This document shows, one piece after another, positions 20,174 through 29,635 of a stretch of 64,000 bases of DNA. The position numbers and the translations under genes are program-made. Source of the DNA: Myxococcales bacterium (GTDB taxonomy: Bacteria; Myxococcota_A; Polyangia; Nannocystales; Nannocystaceae); NCBI GenBank assembly GCA_020633295.1, contig JACKDW010000006.1, forward strand, positions 270,181 to 334,180. Direction: 5' to 3'. Every line of letters begins with the position of its first letter. Positions within the stretch are counted from its first letter, which is position 1. The notes below the pieces were generated by a model. That model did no database searches and was not told where the DNA came from. It saw only the letters and a list, made by a program, of their open reading frames with translations.

Positions 20174-22711
20174 CTACGCCTCGAGCGCGAGCAGCCCCTC
20201 GACCAGCGCGTGCTCGATCGCGCTGGTCGCCATCTCCAGGCTCGCGCGCGCGTGCGCGCTCCAGCGCTCGGCCCGGGGCAGCACGCGGAACTCGCCGTCC
20301 TCCGCGAAGAAGGTGTGGATCACCGACGACCGGTTCCCCCGCATCATCACGAGCGCGCGCTCGAGGATCGCGGGCGCGTCGTCGTCGCGCGCGACGAGGC
20401 GCGCGCGCGGGCGCAGCCCGAGCTCGCGCGACGCCTCCCACAGCAGCCCGGGCGCCTGACTCGAGACCTGCGCGAGCGCCTCGTCGGCCGCGCGCGCGCG
20501 ACCGCGGGCGAGCTCGATGAGCGCGATGTTCACCCACGTCGACATGCGCGACGGCTTGGCGGCGACCGCCGCGTGACACTGCTCGAGCGCCTCGTCGAGC
20601 GCGCCGCGCGTGCGCAGCAGCTCGCCGCGGTAGACGGTCGTCGTCGCGGCCGCGAGGAAGCCGAACACTCGCGTCCCCTTCGCCATGTCCGCTTCGGCGA
20701 GCGCGGGGCGCCCGAGCATCATCTGCGCGGCGCCGCGACCGACGAACGCCCAGCGGCACAGCGAGACGCGCTCGGCCGCGTTGAAGTCGGCGATCGCCTC
20801 GTGGTAGTCGCCGAGCCACAGGCGCAGCTCGCCGCGGTAGGTGTACGGGTGCGGTGACCAGGGGTAGCGCGCGCGCGCGTCGCGAAAGCCCTCGAGCGTC
20901 TTGCGCGGCGGCTCGTGCTCGATCCGGCGCAGCGCGTCGACCGCGGCGGCGCGCGAGCTCGGCGGGATCTCGATCAGGCGCAGGCTGGGCTGCCCGTCGC
21001 CCGCGGCGGGGACGAGCTCCGTGAGCACCTCGCTGCGGTTCCCCGCGAGCCGCCGCAAGATGTCCCAAAGGACGGCTCGAAGCCGGCGCCGCGGGATCGC
21101 GTCGGCGGTCGGGTACTCGGGCGGCAGCAGCCCGACCAGGCGATCGTGGAAGAAGCCGTCGAGGAACATCCGCGTGCGCAGCTCGAGGTGAAACTGCACG
21201 CGTCGCCAGGGGCTCATCTCGATGATCGAGAGCGCCTGCAGCACCACGCCGGCGGCCGTCGAGATGCGCTCGTGCGCGCCCTCGATCTCCGCGTAGGCCT
21301 CGCGCGCTCGCCCGACGCGGATCAGCGCCTCGCAGCGCCACAGCCGCGCCTCGCCGTCGCGCTCGTCGCCCGCGATCGCGTGCCCGAGCAGCTCGAGCGC
21401 GGCCTCGTGCCGCCCCTCGAGCACCAGCGCGGCGCCCCGCATGCGCGCGACCTCCGGCGCGTCCGAGGGGGACTCCGCGCGCAGCAGCTCGCGCGCGCGC
21501 TCCGGCTGACCGCGCCACAACGCGAGCTGCGCGAGCTTGTGCCGGGCGCGGACGCGGACCGAGAGGCCCGGCCGCCGCTCGCCGCCGCGCGCTCCTGACT
21601 GTCTCTGTAGACAGGTTTGAAGATGGGCCTCGGCGTCCGCGAACGCGCCCGCCTTGATCAACAGCGCCGCGACCCGCAGCCGATCGTCCGGGGCCCAGTC
21701 GACCCCGGACGCGCTCAGCACCTCGAGCACCCGCGCCCGCGCGCCGCGCTCGTCGAGCAGCGCGGCGAGCCCGAGGCGCTCGCTGGCCGCGCGCGCCGGC
21801 TCGGCCTGCTCCACCGCGCGCTCGAGCAGCGGCAAGGCCTGCTCGTCGCGGTGCAGCGAGACCAGGCCCTGGGCGCAGGCCCGCAGCGTCGCGTCGGACT
21901 CGGGCGCGTCGCAGCGGGCCGCGACCGCGTCGAGCAGGCGCGCTGCGGCGGCGTGCCGGCCTTGGAGCGCGAGCAGCACGGCGCGCGCGTGGGCCGAGAG
22001 CTGCTCGTGGACCGTCGGCTGCTCCTCGTTCGGCTCCGCGTGCTCATCCTCGCGCGTCGCCGCGTCCGGGAGCCGCTCCGCGAGCGTGAACGCGTCGTCG
22101 TAGGCCCGCAGCGCCAGCAGCGCGTGGACGCACGCGGCCAGCAGCTCCGCGTCGTCGGTCCCCGCCGCGACCGCGCGCGCGTCCTCGACCCGCGCGCGGT
22201 GATCGGGGCCGCCGATGACCCGGGCCGGGTGCTCCTCGCGCTCGCTCAGCTCGACGGCGCACGCGAGCAGCCGCGCCAGCACGGTCACGCGCCGGGCCTC
22301 GGCGCGCTGCAGATCAAAGGGCGACTCCGCGTCGACCCACCCGCGCCGGCGGAAGCTCGAGAACCAGCGCACGCGCGCGATCCACCGCTCGGCGCGGGCC
22401 GCCTCTCGCTCGAGGCGCTCGCCGAGCTGGGTGCAGAGCGCCCCCGCCGTGGCCCCGCCGACCGACGAGGCGCTGCCCTCGGTCCCGCGCGTGTAGCCCA
22501 CGGAGATCCGCGCGCCGCGATACGGCCAGGGCTCGCGCACGGAGATCGTGCGATCGACGATCACGAGCAGCGCCGCGCCCGGCTGCTCGATCGCCGCGCT
22601 GACGTCGAGCTCGAGCACGGGCGCGTCGCGGGTGACCAGCACGCCGCGGCAGCGCAGCGTCGGGCCGAGCAGCGCGTCGAGCCAACCTGGCGTCGGGAGT
22701 CGTGATCGCAC
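20174..22711 (-). CDS. Large TPR/alpha-helical repeat protein (845 aa)
   Basis: Amino-acid composition is normal and a long run of helical Ala/Leu/Arg-rich repeats is consistent with TPR-like units. The overlapping opposite-strand ORFs (19533-21518, 21617-22705) are Arg-rich artefacts. Confidence 0.6.
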   Translation of the reverse strand: MRSRLPTPGWLDALLGPTLRCRGVLVTRDAPVLELDVSAAIEQPGAALLVIVDRTISVREPWPYRGARISVGYTRGTEGSASSVGGATAGALCTQLGERLEREAARAERWIARVRWFSSFRRRGWVDAESPFDLQRAEARRVTVLARLLACAVELSEREEHPARVIGGPDHRARVEDARAVAAGTDDAELLAACVHALLALRAYDDAFTLAERLPDAATREDEHAEPNEEQPTVHEQLSAHARAVLLALQGRHAAAARLLDAVAARCDAPESDATLRACAQGLVSLHRDEQALPLLERAVEQAEPARAASERLGLAALLDERGARARVLEVLSASGVDWAPDDRLRVAALLIKAGAFADAEAHLQTCLQRQSGARGGERRPGLSVRVRARHKLAQLALWRGQPERARELLRAESPSDAPEVARMRGAALVLEGRHEAALELLGHAIAGDERDGEARLWRCEALIRVGRAREAYAEIEGAHERISTAAGVVLQALSIIEMSPWRRVQFHLELRTRMFLDGFFHDRLVGLLPPEYPTADAIPRRRLRAVLWDILRRLAGNRSEVLTELVPAAGDGQPSLRLIEIPPSSRAAAVDALRRIEHEPPRKTLEGFRDARARYPWSPHPYTYRGELRLWLGDYHEAIADFNAAERVSLCRWAFVGRGAAQMMLGRPALAEADMAKGTRVFGFLAAATTTVYRGELLRTRGALDEALEQCHAAVAAKPSRMSTWVNIALIELARGRARAADEALAQVSSQAPGLLWEASRELGLRPRARLVARDDDAPAILERALVMMRGNRSSVIHTFFAEDGEFRVLPRAERWSAHARASLEMATSAIEHALVEGLLALEA

Positions 22712-22801
22712 CGCGTAGAAGCTTAACCCGAACCCGCCTTCAGGCCACGTCGCATCCCCGCGCGTGAGCGCGCGCCGGCACGCCGAGATGAGCGCGCGCG
22801 C

Positions 22802-25800
22802 TCAGAAGCTGCGCGCGATCAGCATGCGGAAGTAGTCGATCCCGAACACGTCGTCGAAGCCGTGCGCGTAGGTGAAGAACACGTTGACCGTCTCCGCGTA
22901 GCCGATCTTGAACGAGAGGATCAGCGACGCGCCGACGCCGACCTTGATCACGTCCGCGGTGAACGGGCCTGACCACGCGCCGCCGAAGTCGGTGAAGCCG
23001 GCGACGAGGATCCGGCGCATGAACAGCGGCAGCGAGCCGAGGCCGCGCTCGACGTCGGCGATCGGGATCCGGTACTCGGCGTTGAGCACCGAGTAGTAGT
23101 TGCCCTGCAGCGCGCCCGGCGAGAACCCGCGCAGCACCCCCTGCTCGCTGAACGCGGAGCGCTGGATGATCGTGCGGATGATGTCCTGATCCATCGAGTA
23201 GCCGCCGACGAAGAACGCCCCGCGGCGACCGAAGCCGCCCGCCGCCGCGCCGCCCTCGATGCGCAGCGCCAGCGTCTGGTGCCCGCGCCACGGCATCGAG
23301 AGGTACTCTTGGTAGTTGCCCGTGATCTGGAGGTCGCGGTAGGAGCCGCCCAGCGCGGGGTCGATCAGCGAGACGCGCATCCCGAGCCGACGCCCCGAGG
23401 TGTTGCCGTAGCCGAAGCGGACCGAGCGCTCGTTGCTGTACGCCATGCCCAGCGCGATCTCGCCGACGCCGCCGACGAAGGGGCGCGTGCTCGTCGGCGC
23501 GTTGGGGTCGATCGGCTCGAGCTCCGCGTCGACGTTGGTGTAGTGGGTGTAGCGGTAGCTCAGGTCCGCGTCGGTCTGGTGGATCGGGTGGCGCACCACC
23601 GGCACGTTGACGCTCGCCGAGACCCGGTCGACCTGCTCGTGGTAGCCGACCTGATAAAACCCCGGGTCGCCCTCGAGCTCGTCGGCGCGGTGATCGTAGA
23701 CGTAGCGCTCGAAGTCGCCGGTGCGCTCGAAGAAGCCGCGCCCGTAGCCGAGCGAGAAGTTCGGCAGCAGCTGGTTGAACGAGTAGTCGACGGAGCCGAC
23801 CGACTTGTTGTAGGCGAACAGGTAGGTGTAGCTGCCGCCGAGGTAGTGGAACCCGAGGACGTCCGACACCGAGGTCGAGAGCCCCAGCTGCAGCCCGTTC
23901 GCGTTCGAGATCTCGATGCCCGCGGGCATGATGAGCCGCGGGTACATCGTCTTGATCGGGCGGTACGGGCTGTTTCGGGCGCTCAGCGGGCGCTCGCGCG
24001 GCGCGCCGTCCTCGCCCCGCACGGGCGGCGCGGGCTGGTCCTTGAGGCGCAGCGGGCTGACGCTCGGGAGCGGTTCGAAGAAGCGCGCCGGATCGAGCTC
24101 CATGACCCAAAGGTCATACCCGGTGCTGCGGTAGCCGATGTACGCCAGGCGCGCGCCGTCGTGGCTGACGACGGGATCGAAGGCGCCGCCCAGGACGTTC
24201 GTCACCTGCTGCACCAGCCCGGTCTCGACCTGGTAGGCGTAGATGTTGAACACGTCGTCGCGGTCGCTCGCGAACACGATGTAGGCGCCGTCGGGCGTCC
24301 AGTCCGGCTGCAGGTCGAGGTAGCGATCGGCGGTGACGCGCTCGAGCGCCTCGGTCTCGCGGTCGTAGACGTAGATGTCGCGGTAGCCGCCGTCGCGCCA
24401 GCCCGAGAACGCGACCTTGCGACCGTCGGGGCTGAACGCGGGCCCCGTGACCTGCTGGACGCGGTCCTTGGCCGCGACCTCGATGACGTCGAGCGTGTCG
24501 AGCTCGAGGAAGCCGAGCCGCGACTGCCCGACGTCGTTGCGCGCGAACACGACGGTGCGCCCGTCGGGCGAGACCTCGGGGTCGCGCGCGCGCTTGCCGA
24601 AGGTGAGCTGCTCGATGTCGTGCCCAGGACCGCGCCAGCGGTGCAGATCGTTCCAGCCGTAGCGGAAGTCGTGGTTGCGCGACTGGTTGAACACGATGTC
24701 CCCGGTCGCGCCGATGAACGCCCCGCCCGCCGCCTCCTGGACCTGGAACACGTCCTCGATGTCCATGTCGGCGCCCTGGCGCCCGATCCCCCAGCCCTCG
24801 CGGATCCGGCCGCCGGTCGAGCGGATCCGGCGGATCCCCGGGTTGGTGTGGGCGTCGTCCTCGTAGAAGTAGATGTAGCGGTCGTCCGGCGACCAGAACG
24901 GCGCGCGCGTGAACTGGCCCGAGGCCTGCTCCGAGGTCGAGTACGTCAGGCGGCGCCCCTCCCGGATCCCGCGCGCCCGGATCCGCCGCGCCTGGGCCTG
25001 GAAGCGGCGCGCGGTGTGCTGGCGGAACTCCTCCCACAGCTGGTCGAAGTCGACGCCGAGGACCTTCTTGATCGCGCGGTTGATCGAGAGCGGCACGGCC
25101 TGGCCGCCGTAGATGTGCCCGAGCTCGGCGATCTTGTCGCGACCGTAGCGCTCGGCGATGTAGTGCATGAAGTGCAGGCCGTAGAGGTAGACCGACGTCG
25201 AGAACGGGAACACGTTCGCGCTGCTGTTGACCTGGTCGAGCGTCTCGAAGGACTGCTCGAGCACGCCCATGCGCAGCAGCATGTCGAACTGCGCCGAGTT
25301 AAAGCGCCCCTGCGAGCCGAAGCTCGACTCGTACTTGGTCGCGAGGCCCTCGACGACCCAGCGCGGCTGGATGATGTTGGGCGTCCAGACCTTGCCGAGC
25401 ACGCCGAAGCCGAGCACCGCGTTGACCAGCTTCGGCAGCCCGTGCACCGTGTCGAGGTGGATGATGTGCACGTACTCGTGCGTGATCAGGATGTCGATCC
25501 AGTCGTCGTAGGCCATCAAGACCGACATCTCGTAGGGCGCGACGACGTTCGCGTAGATGCGCGGGAACGGGGTCGCGCTCGCCGAGCCGTTGGCGGTGTC
25601 GGTGTCGTCGCGGACGACGATGTGCGTCTTCAGCAGCGGCGCGTGCCCGAGCTCGACGCTGAGGCGATCGTGCGCGCGCTCGGCCGTCATCGCCACGCGC
25701 TCGGCGGCCTGCTCCTCGCCGGCGTAGTAGTGCACGTAGAAGTGCTCCGTCTCGAGCGTCTTCCAGCGCTGCTCGCCGTTGTGCGCGCGCGCGGACGAGG

Positions 25801-25951
25801 GCCGCGCGAGCCACAGCGCGAGACAACACAGGACCCACACAATCGCCGTCAGGCCGCTGTTTCGCGCCCGCGCGCGCACGACCGGCGCGCGGCGGCCAAC
25901 GCCGACGCGCGGATCCTCGGGTGACGCCTGGCTGGTGCTCGCGCGCGGCAA
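22802..25951 (-). CDS. Outer-membrane multidomain protein with an N-terminal gluzincin-like HExxH domain, a TolB-like (PD40) beta-propeller, and a C-terminal beta-barrel
   Basis: A signal peptide (LTAIVWVLCCLALWLARPSSARA) is followed by ILITHEYVHIIH...PRWVVEGLATKYE. This parallels the HEMVHV...PRWFHEGVAESF of gene 14058-15227. PD40/TolB-like repeats follow (PAFSPDGRKVAFSG, DWTPDGAYIVFASDRD, VSHDGARLAYIGYR). The ~400 aa C-terminus is rich in alternating aromatic residues and ends ...MLIARSF, a terminal Phe typical of outer-membrane barrels. Confidence 0.7.
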   Translation of the reverse strand: MPRASTSQASPEDPRVGVGRRAPVVRARARNSGLTAIVWVLCCLALWLARPSSARAHNGEQRWKTLETEHFYVHYYAGEEQAAERVAMTAERAHDRLSVELGHAPLLKTHIVVRDDTDTANGSASATPFPRIYANVVAPYEMSVLMAYDDWIDILITHEYVHIIHLDTVHGLPKLVNAVLGFGVLGKVWTPNIIQPRWVVEGLATKYESSFGSQGRFNSAQFDMLLRMGVLEQSFETLDQVNSSANVFPFSTSVYLYGLHFMHYIAERYGRDKIAELGHIYGGQAVPLSINRAIKKVLGVDFDQLWEEFRQHTARRFQAQARRIRARGIREGRRLTYSTSEQASGQFTRAPFWSPDDRYIYFYEDDAHTNPGIRRIRSTGGRIREGWGIGRQGADMDIEDVFQVQEAAGGAFIGATGDIVFNQSRNHDFRYGWNDLHRWRGPGHDIEQLTFGKRARDPEVSPDGRTVVFARNDVGQSRLGFLELDTLDVIEVAAKDRVQQVTGPAFSPDGRKVAFSGWRDGGYRDIYVYDRETEALERVTADRYLDLQPDWTPDGAYIVFASDRDDVFNIYAYQVETGLVQQVTNVLGGAFDPVVSHDGARLAYIGYRSTGYDLWVMELDPARFFEPLPSVSPLRLKDQPAPPVRGEDGAPRERPLSARNSPYRPIKTMYPRLIMPAGIEISNANGLQLGLSTSVSDVLGFHYLGGSYTYLFAYNKSVGSVDYSFNQLLPNFSLGYGRGFFERTGDFERYVYDHRADELEGDPGFYQVGYHEQVDRVSASVNVPVVRHPIHQTDADLSYRYTHYTNVDAELEPIDPNAPTSTRPFVGGVGEIALGMAYSNERSVRFGYGNTSGRRLGMRVSLIDPALGGSYRDLQITGNYQEYLSMPWRGHQTLALRIEGGAAAGGFGRRGAFFVGGYSMDQDIIRTIIQRSAFSEQGVLRGFSPGALQGNYYSVLNAEYRIPIADVERGLGSLPLFMRRILVAGFTDFGGAWSGPFTADVIKVGVGASLILSFKIGYAETVNVFFTYAHGFDDVFGIDYFRMLIARSF

Positions 25952-26029
25952 GGCTGCCCGAGCCTAACAGACCAGCCTCCACGGGAGAGGCTCCGCGCCC
26001 GCGCGTCGAATCGCGGTGAGAAACCCGGG

Positions 26030-26941
26030 CTAGCCGGGCGACGCGCGCTCGACGTGCGCGCGCAGCAGCCTCGCGAGCTCCTCGGGCGCCTCCTCGTTGG
26101 GCGCGTGGCCGCACCCCTCGATCAGCTCGAGCCGCGCCCCCGGGATGAGCGCCGCGAGCCGCCGCCCGAGCGACGCCGGGATCAACGCGTCGACCGCTCC
26201 CCAGACCACCAGCGTCGGGCACCGCAGCTCGCAAAACCGCGCGCTCATGGCGTCGAGATCCGCGAGCTGCTGCAGCATCGCGTAGGCCGCCTCGCGCCCC
26301 CCGGCCCGCGTGAGCTGGTCCCAGTACACCGAGACCGCGCCCTCGTCGATCAGCTCGGGTCGCGAGAACACGCGCGTGAAGTAGCGCCGCAGGTCCGCGC
26401 GCCGGTACAGGCGCGTGAACACGAGCGGCCCCACCCTGGGCACGAGCGCGAGCCGCCCCTCCAGCGGCATCGGCATCGTGAAGCACGAGCTGTCGACGAG
26501 CGTCAGCGTCGCCGGCGTCGGCGCGTCGCTCGCGAGCGCGGCGCTCGTCGTCAAGATCGCCGCGACCGCGCCGCCCAGGCTGTGCCCGAGCACGTGCAGC
26601 GGGCGCCCCGGCTCGAGCTCGAGCTCGGGGCTGCGCAGCAGCTCGAGCAGCGCGCTGGCCAGCCACGGCAGGCTGTACCCGTCGCACTCCTCGGGCGGCG
26701 GGCGATCGCTCGTGCCGCAGCCCGGGAGGTCCGGCGCCAGCACGCGATAGTCCCCCTCGAGCAGCGGGATCAGCCGCGCGAATTCGTGGTGGTGCACGAG
26801 CAGCCCGTGGAGCAGCAAGATCGTCGGCGCGTCCCTCGGCCCGCGATCACAGACGAACACGTGCGCCCGCCGCTCGCCGAGCGTGAGCGCGACCCGGCGC
26901 GAGCGATCGGCCGGCCGCGGCGCGTGTCCGACCCCGTTCAT
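26030..26941 (-). CDS. Alpha/beta-fold hydrolase
   Basis: TILLLHGLLVHHHEF provides the HG oxyanion motif. GHSLGG is the nucleophile elbow and GCGHAPNEE carries the catalytic His. I place the start at the internal ATG (MNGVGH...). The first ~100 aa of the track ORF is Arg/Gly-rich junk. The start coordinate is approximate, +/-1. Confidence 0.75.
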   Translation of the reverse strand: MNGVGHAPRPADRSRRVALTLGERRAHVFVCDRGPRDAPTILLLHGLLVHHHEFARLIPLLEGDYRVLAPDLPGCGTSDRPPPEECDGYSLPWLASALLELLRSPELELEPGRPLHVLGHSLGGAVAAILTTSAALASDAPTPATLTLVDSSCFTMPMPLEGRLALVPRVGPLVFTRLYRRADLRRYFTRVFSRPELIDEGAVSVYWDQLTRAGGREAAYAMLQQLADLDAMSARFCELRCPTLVVWGAVDALIPASLGRRLAALIPGARLELIEGCGHAPNEEAPEELARLLRAHVERASPG

Positions 26942-26955
26942 CCCGTCGTCGATCG

Positions 26956-28773
26956 TCACTCGTCGTCCCCGCCGTCCGTCTCCGACGCCACGAGCGCGCC
27001 GGCGCCGTGCTCGAGGTGCTCGGGGAACCGGGCGTGCATGGTCTCGTAGACGATCGCCTCCGCCTCCGCGGCCGATCGCGCCGCGAGCACGCGGTTCGCC
27101 AGCTTGGTCATCTCGGCCGAGGTCGACGTCCGGATGATCGCCTTGATGACCGAGATCGCGCTCGGGTTCATGGACAGCTCGCGGATCCCGAGGCCCGCGA
27201 GCACCCAGGTGTAGCGGGGATCCGCGGCCATCTCGCCGCACAGGCTCACCGGGACATCCCGCGCCGCGCCGGCCTCCGCGACCATCTTGATCAGGCGCGT
27301 GATCGCCGGGTGCAGCGGCTGGTAGAGGTACCCGACGTCCTCGTTCTCCCGGTCGATGGCCAGGCAGTACTGGATCAGGTCGTTGGTCCCGATGCTCAGG
27401 AAGTCGACGCGCTCCGCGAGCAGGTCGGCGATCAGCGCGGCCGCGGGCGTCTCGACCATGACGCCGACGCGGATGTCGTCGGACTGCGGCAGCTCGTCGC
27501 GGATCAGCTGCTCGCGCGCCTCCTCGATCGCCTCGAGCCCGTCGTCGAGCTCGCGCATGCTGCTGACGAGCGGCAGCATGATCCGCAGCGGGCCGTGCAC
27601 GCCGGCGCGCAGCAGCCCGCGCAGCTGGGCCAGGAACATCCCGCGCTCCTGCAGCGCGAGCCGCAGCGAGCGCAGCCCCATCGCCGGGTTGTTCTCGGCC
27701 TCGCGCGCCTTGAGCAGCGGGCTCTGCTTATCGGAGCCGAGGTCGAAGGTGCGGAACACCACCGGGTACGGCGCCATCTTGCGCAGCACCGCCTTCGCCG
27801 TGCGGTAGTGCTCCTCCTCGCTCGGCAGCGTCTCGCGGTTCATGAACATGTACTCGCTGCGATACAGCCCGATGCCCTCGGCGCCGTGCTGGATCGCCAG
27901 CTCGATGTCCTCGCTCATCGCCAGGTTCGCGCGCGTGACGACGTGGAGGCCGTCCTGCGTGACCGCCTTGAACGCGCGGTCTTTCTGGATCTTCTCCTCG
28001 AACGCGTCGTAGCGGCGGCGCTCGCCCTCGTGGTCGTCCAGCTCCTCGGCGTCGGGGCGCACGATCACGCGCCCGTGCACGCCGTCGACGATCACGGTGT
28101 CGCCGGTCTGCGCGATGTCGATCACGCCGTCGATGCCGACGACCGCCGGGATCTGCAGCGAGCGCGCCATGATCGCGCTGTGCGAGGTGCGGCCGCCGAC
28201 CTCGGTGACGATGCCCAGCACGCGCACGCGGTGCAGCTGGGCGGTGTCCGCGGGGCTGAGGTCATGGGCGACGACGATCGAGCCCTCCGGCGGGCTGATC
28301 TCGCCGGTCTTCTCGCCGACGAGCGTCTGCAGCAGGCGGCGGCCGAGGAAGCCGATGTCGCTGCTGCGCTCGCGGAAGTACTCGGTCTCCGCCTGGTCCA
28401 GCGTCGCCTGCAGCTCGTCGATCGCCGTGGCCACCGCCCACTCGGCGCAGCGCAGCTCGTCGCGCACCAGCGTCTCGGTCCGCTGGATCAGGTCCGGGTC
28501 ACGCAGCATCATCTGCTGCGCCTTGAGGATCTGCCGGTGCTCGCCGTGGGGCAGCTTGGCCTTGATGGCCTCGATCTGCTTACGCGTGGCGACCAGCGCC
28601 TCGTGGAAGCGGATCTGCTCCTCCTCGACCTGCTCGCGCTCGATGTGCGTGTGGGGCACGGCGACGCGTCGTCGCCCGACCACGTAGGCCGCGCCGATGC
28701 CAATGCCTGGGCTGACGGCGGTTCCCCCCCGCGCCCAGCGCTCCTCTGCGGCGTCGACCCGGCCGTCGCTCAC
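26956..28773 (-). CDS. ptsI: Phosphoenolpyruvate-protein phosphotransferase (PTS Enzyme I)
   Basis: Full-length PtsI similarity includes the phospho-His region GGRTSHSAIMARSL, the PEP-utilising domain, and the C-terminal motif LSIGTNDLIQY...CGEMA. Confidence 0.9.
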   Translation of the reverse strand: MSDGRVDAAEERWARGGTAVSPGIGIGAAYVVGRRRVAVPHTHIEREQVEEEQIRFHEALVATRKQIEAIKAKLPHGEHRQILKAQQMMLRDPDLIQRTETLVRDELRCAEWAVATAIDELQATLDQAETEYFRERSSDIGFLGRRLLQTLVGEKTGEISPPEGSIVVAHDLSPADTAQLHRVRVLGIVTEVGGRTSHSAIMARSLQIPAVVGIDGVIDIAQTGDTVIVDGVHGRVIVRPDAEELDDHEGERRRYDAFEEKIQKDRAFKAVTQDGLHVVTRANLAMSEDIELAIQHGAEGIGLYRSEYMFMNRETLPSEEEHYRTAKAVLRKMAPYPVVFRTFDLGSDKQSPLLKAREAENNPAMGLRSLRLALQERGMFLAQLRGLLRAGVHGPLRIMLPLVSSMRELDDGLEAIEEAREQLIRDELPQSDDIRVGVMVETPAAALIADLLAERVDFLSIGTNDLIQYCLAIDRENEDVGYLYQPLHPAITRLIKMVAEAGAARDVPVSLCGEMAADPRYTWVLAGLGIRELSMNPSAISVIKAIIRTSTSAEMTKLANRVLAARSAAEAEAIVYETMHARFPEHLEHGAGALVASETDGGDDE

Positions 28774-29051
28774 AGCTCGCCGAACCCGTCCTTGACCAGA
28801 TCCTCGATCGCGCGGTAGGCGTCCGGCGCGTCGCCGCCCTCGCAGCGCAGGGTGATGATGGTGCCCTTCGCGGCCGCGAGCATCAGCACGCCGAGGATGC
28901 TCTTGCCGTTGACCTCGGTGCCGTCCTTGTCGATCCAGACGTCCGCGCCGTACTTGTTCGCAAGGCTGACCAGCTTGCTCGCGGCGCGGGCGTGCAGCCC
29001 GAGCGGGTTGATGATCTGGAGCTCCCCCGTGACTTGCTCTTGCTTCTTCAT
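28770..29051 (-). CDS. ptsH: Phosphocarrier protein HPr
   Basis: The protein is 93 aa. GLHARAA contains His15, and SILGVLML carries the regulatory Ser for HprK. There is a 4-bp overlap with ptsI. Confidence 0.9.
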   Translation of the reverse strand: MKKQEQVTGELQIINPLGLHARAASKLVSLANKYGADVWIDKDGTEVNGKSILGVLMLAAAKGTIITLRCEGGDAPDAYRAIEDLVKDGFGEL

Positions 29052-29635
29052 GAAGACTCCTGTGCAGGCTCTCGCTCCGCGTCCCGGCAGAGCTCGTTCG
29101 CGCGCTCCTTCTCGACCTCAGCCTCGTCGTCGCGCGCGCGCTCGGTCGGCTCCTCGCCCCCGACGACCCTGACCGAGCGAGTCCCCGAGTCGGCGCACGC
29201 GCGCGCGAGCTCGCTGGGGGAGACGCGCGCGCGGTCGATCGTGGCGAGCTTCAGCAGCATCGCGAGGTTGAGCCCCGAGAGCACCACGACCTCGTGCCCG
29301 GCGCGCTCGCGCAGACCGCAGGCGCACGGGCTCGCGCCGAACAGGTCGACGATCATCACCACGCCGCGGCCCTGGTCCGCGCGCGCGATCGTCGTGCACA
29401 GCGTCGCCTGCAGCACGGGCGTCTCGCCTGTGCCGGCGTCCACCGTCATCACCCCCTCGAGCCCGGCCGGCATGATCGCGCGCGCGGCCGCCAGCAGCTG
29501 ACTGGCCGTGTGCGCGTGCCCGAGGATGACGACGCCGACCCGCGCGTCGACCTCGTCGAGGGGCGCGTCGTCCGGCGACCCACCGCCCCCGTCAAGGGTG
29601 GTCGGCGTGTGCCCCGCGTGGTGGCTCTGAAGCAT
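29048..29635 (-). CDS. PTS EIIA component, mannose/fructose-type (EIIA-Man family)
   Basis: VGVVILGHAH carries the active His near the N-terminus, followed by IMPAGLEGV..VDAG..VMIVDLFGASP. It overlaps ptsH by ATGA. I prefer the internal ATG at 29635. The upstream part of the track ORF is junk. The start is somewhat uncertain because it overlaps the rapZ 3' end by 44 bp. Confidence 0.75.
   Translation of the reverse strand: MLQSHHAGHTPTTLDGGGGSPDDAPLDEVDARVGVVILGHAHTASQLLAAARAIMPAGLEGVMTVDAGTGETPVLQATLCTTIARADQGRGVVMIVDLFGASPCACGLRERAGHEVVVLSGLNLAMLLKLATIDRARVSPSELARACADSGTRSVRVVGGEEPTERARDDEAEVEKERANELCRDAEREPAQESS

Noticed and set aside
19533-21518. A 661 aa minus-strand ORF, plus 19682..20857 (+) and 21617..22705 (+)
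   Set aside because: They are Arg/Ala-rich junk translations that overlap serA, cbiX and the TPR protein gene. The 845 aa minus-strand ORF at 20174..22711 has sensible composition.
23279-25924. An 881 aa plus-strand ORF, and 22740..24110 and 25299..26687 on the minus strand
   Set aside because: They are antisense to or out of frame with the well-supported TolB-like/HExxH outer-membrane protein gene. Their composition is Arg/Val/Asp-dominated and they show no motifs.
26942-27241. The N-terminal 100 aa of the alpha/beta-hydrolase ORF as drawn in the track (start 27241)
   Set aside because: The Arg/Gly/Asp-rich leader (RDGRGSPLHLGARGPRDPRAV…) overlaps the ptsI 3' end. The internal Met gives a canonical ~300 aa hydrolase with the HG motif about 45 residues from the N-terminus.
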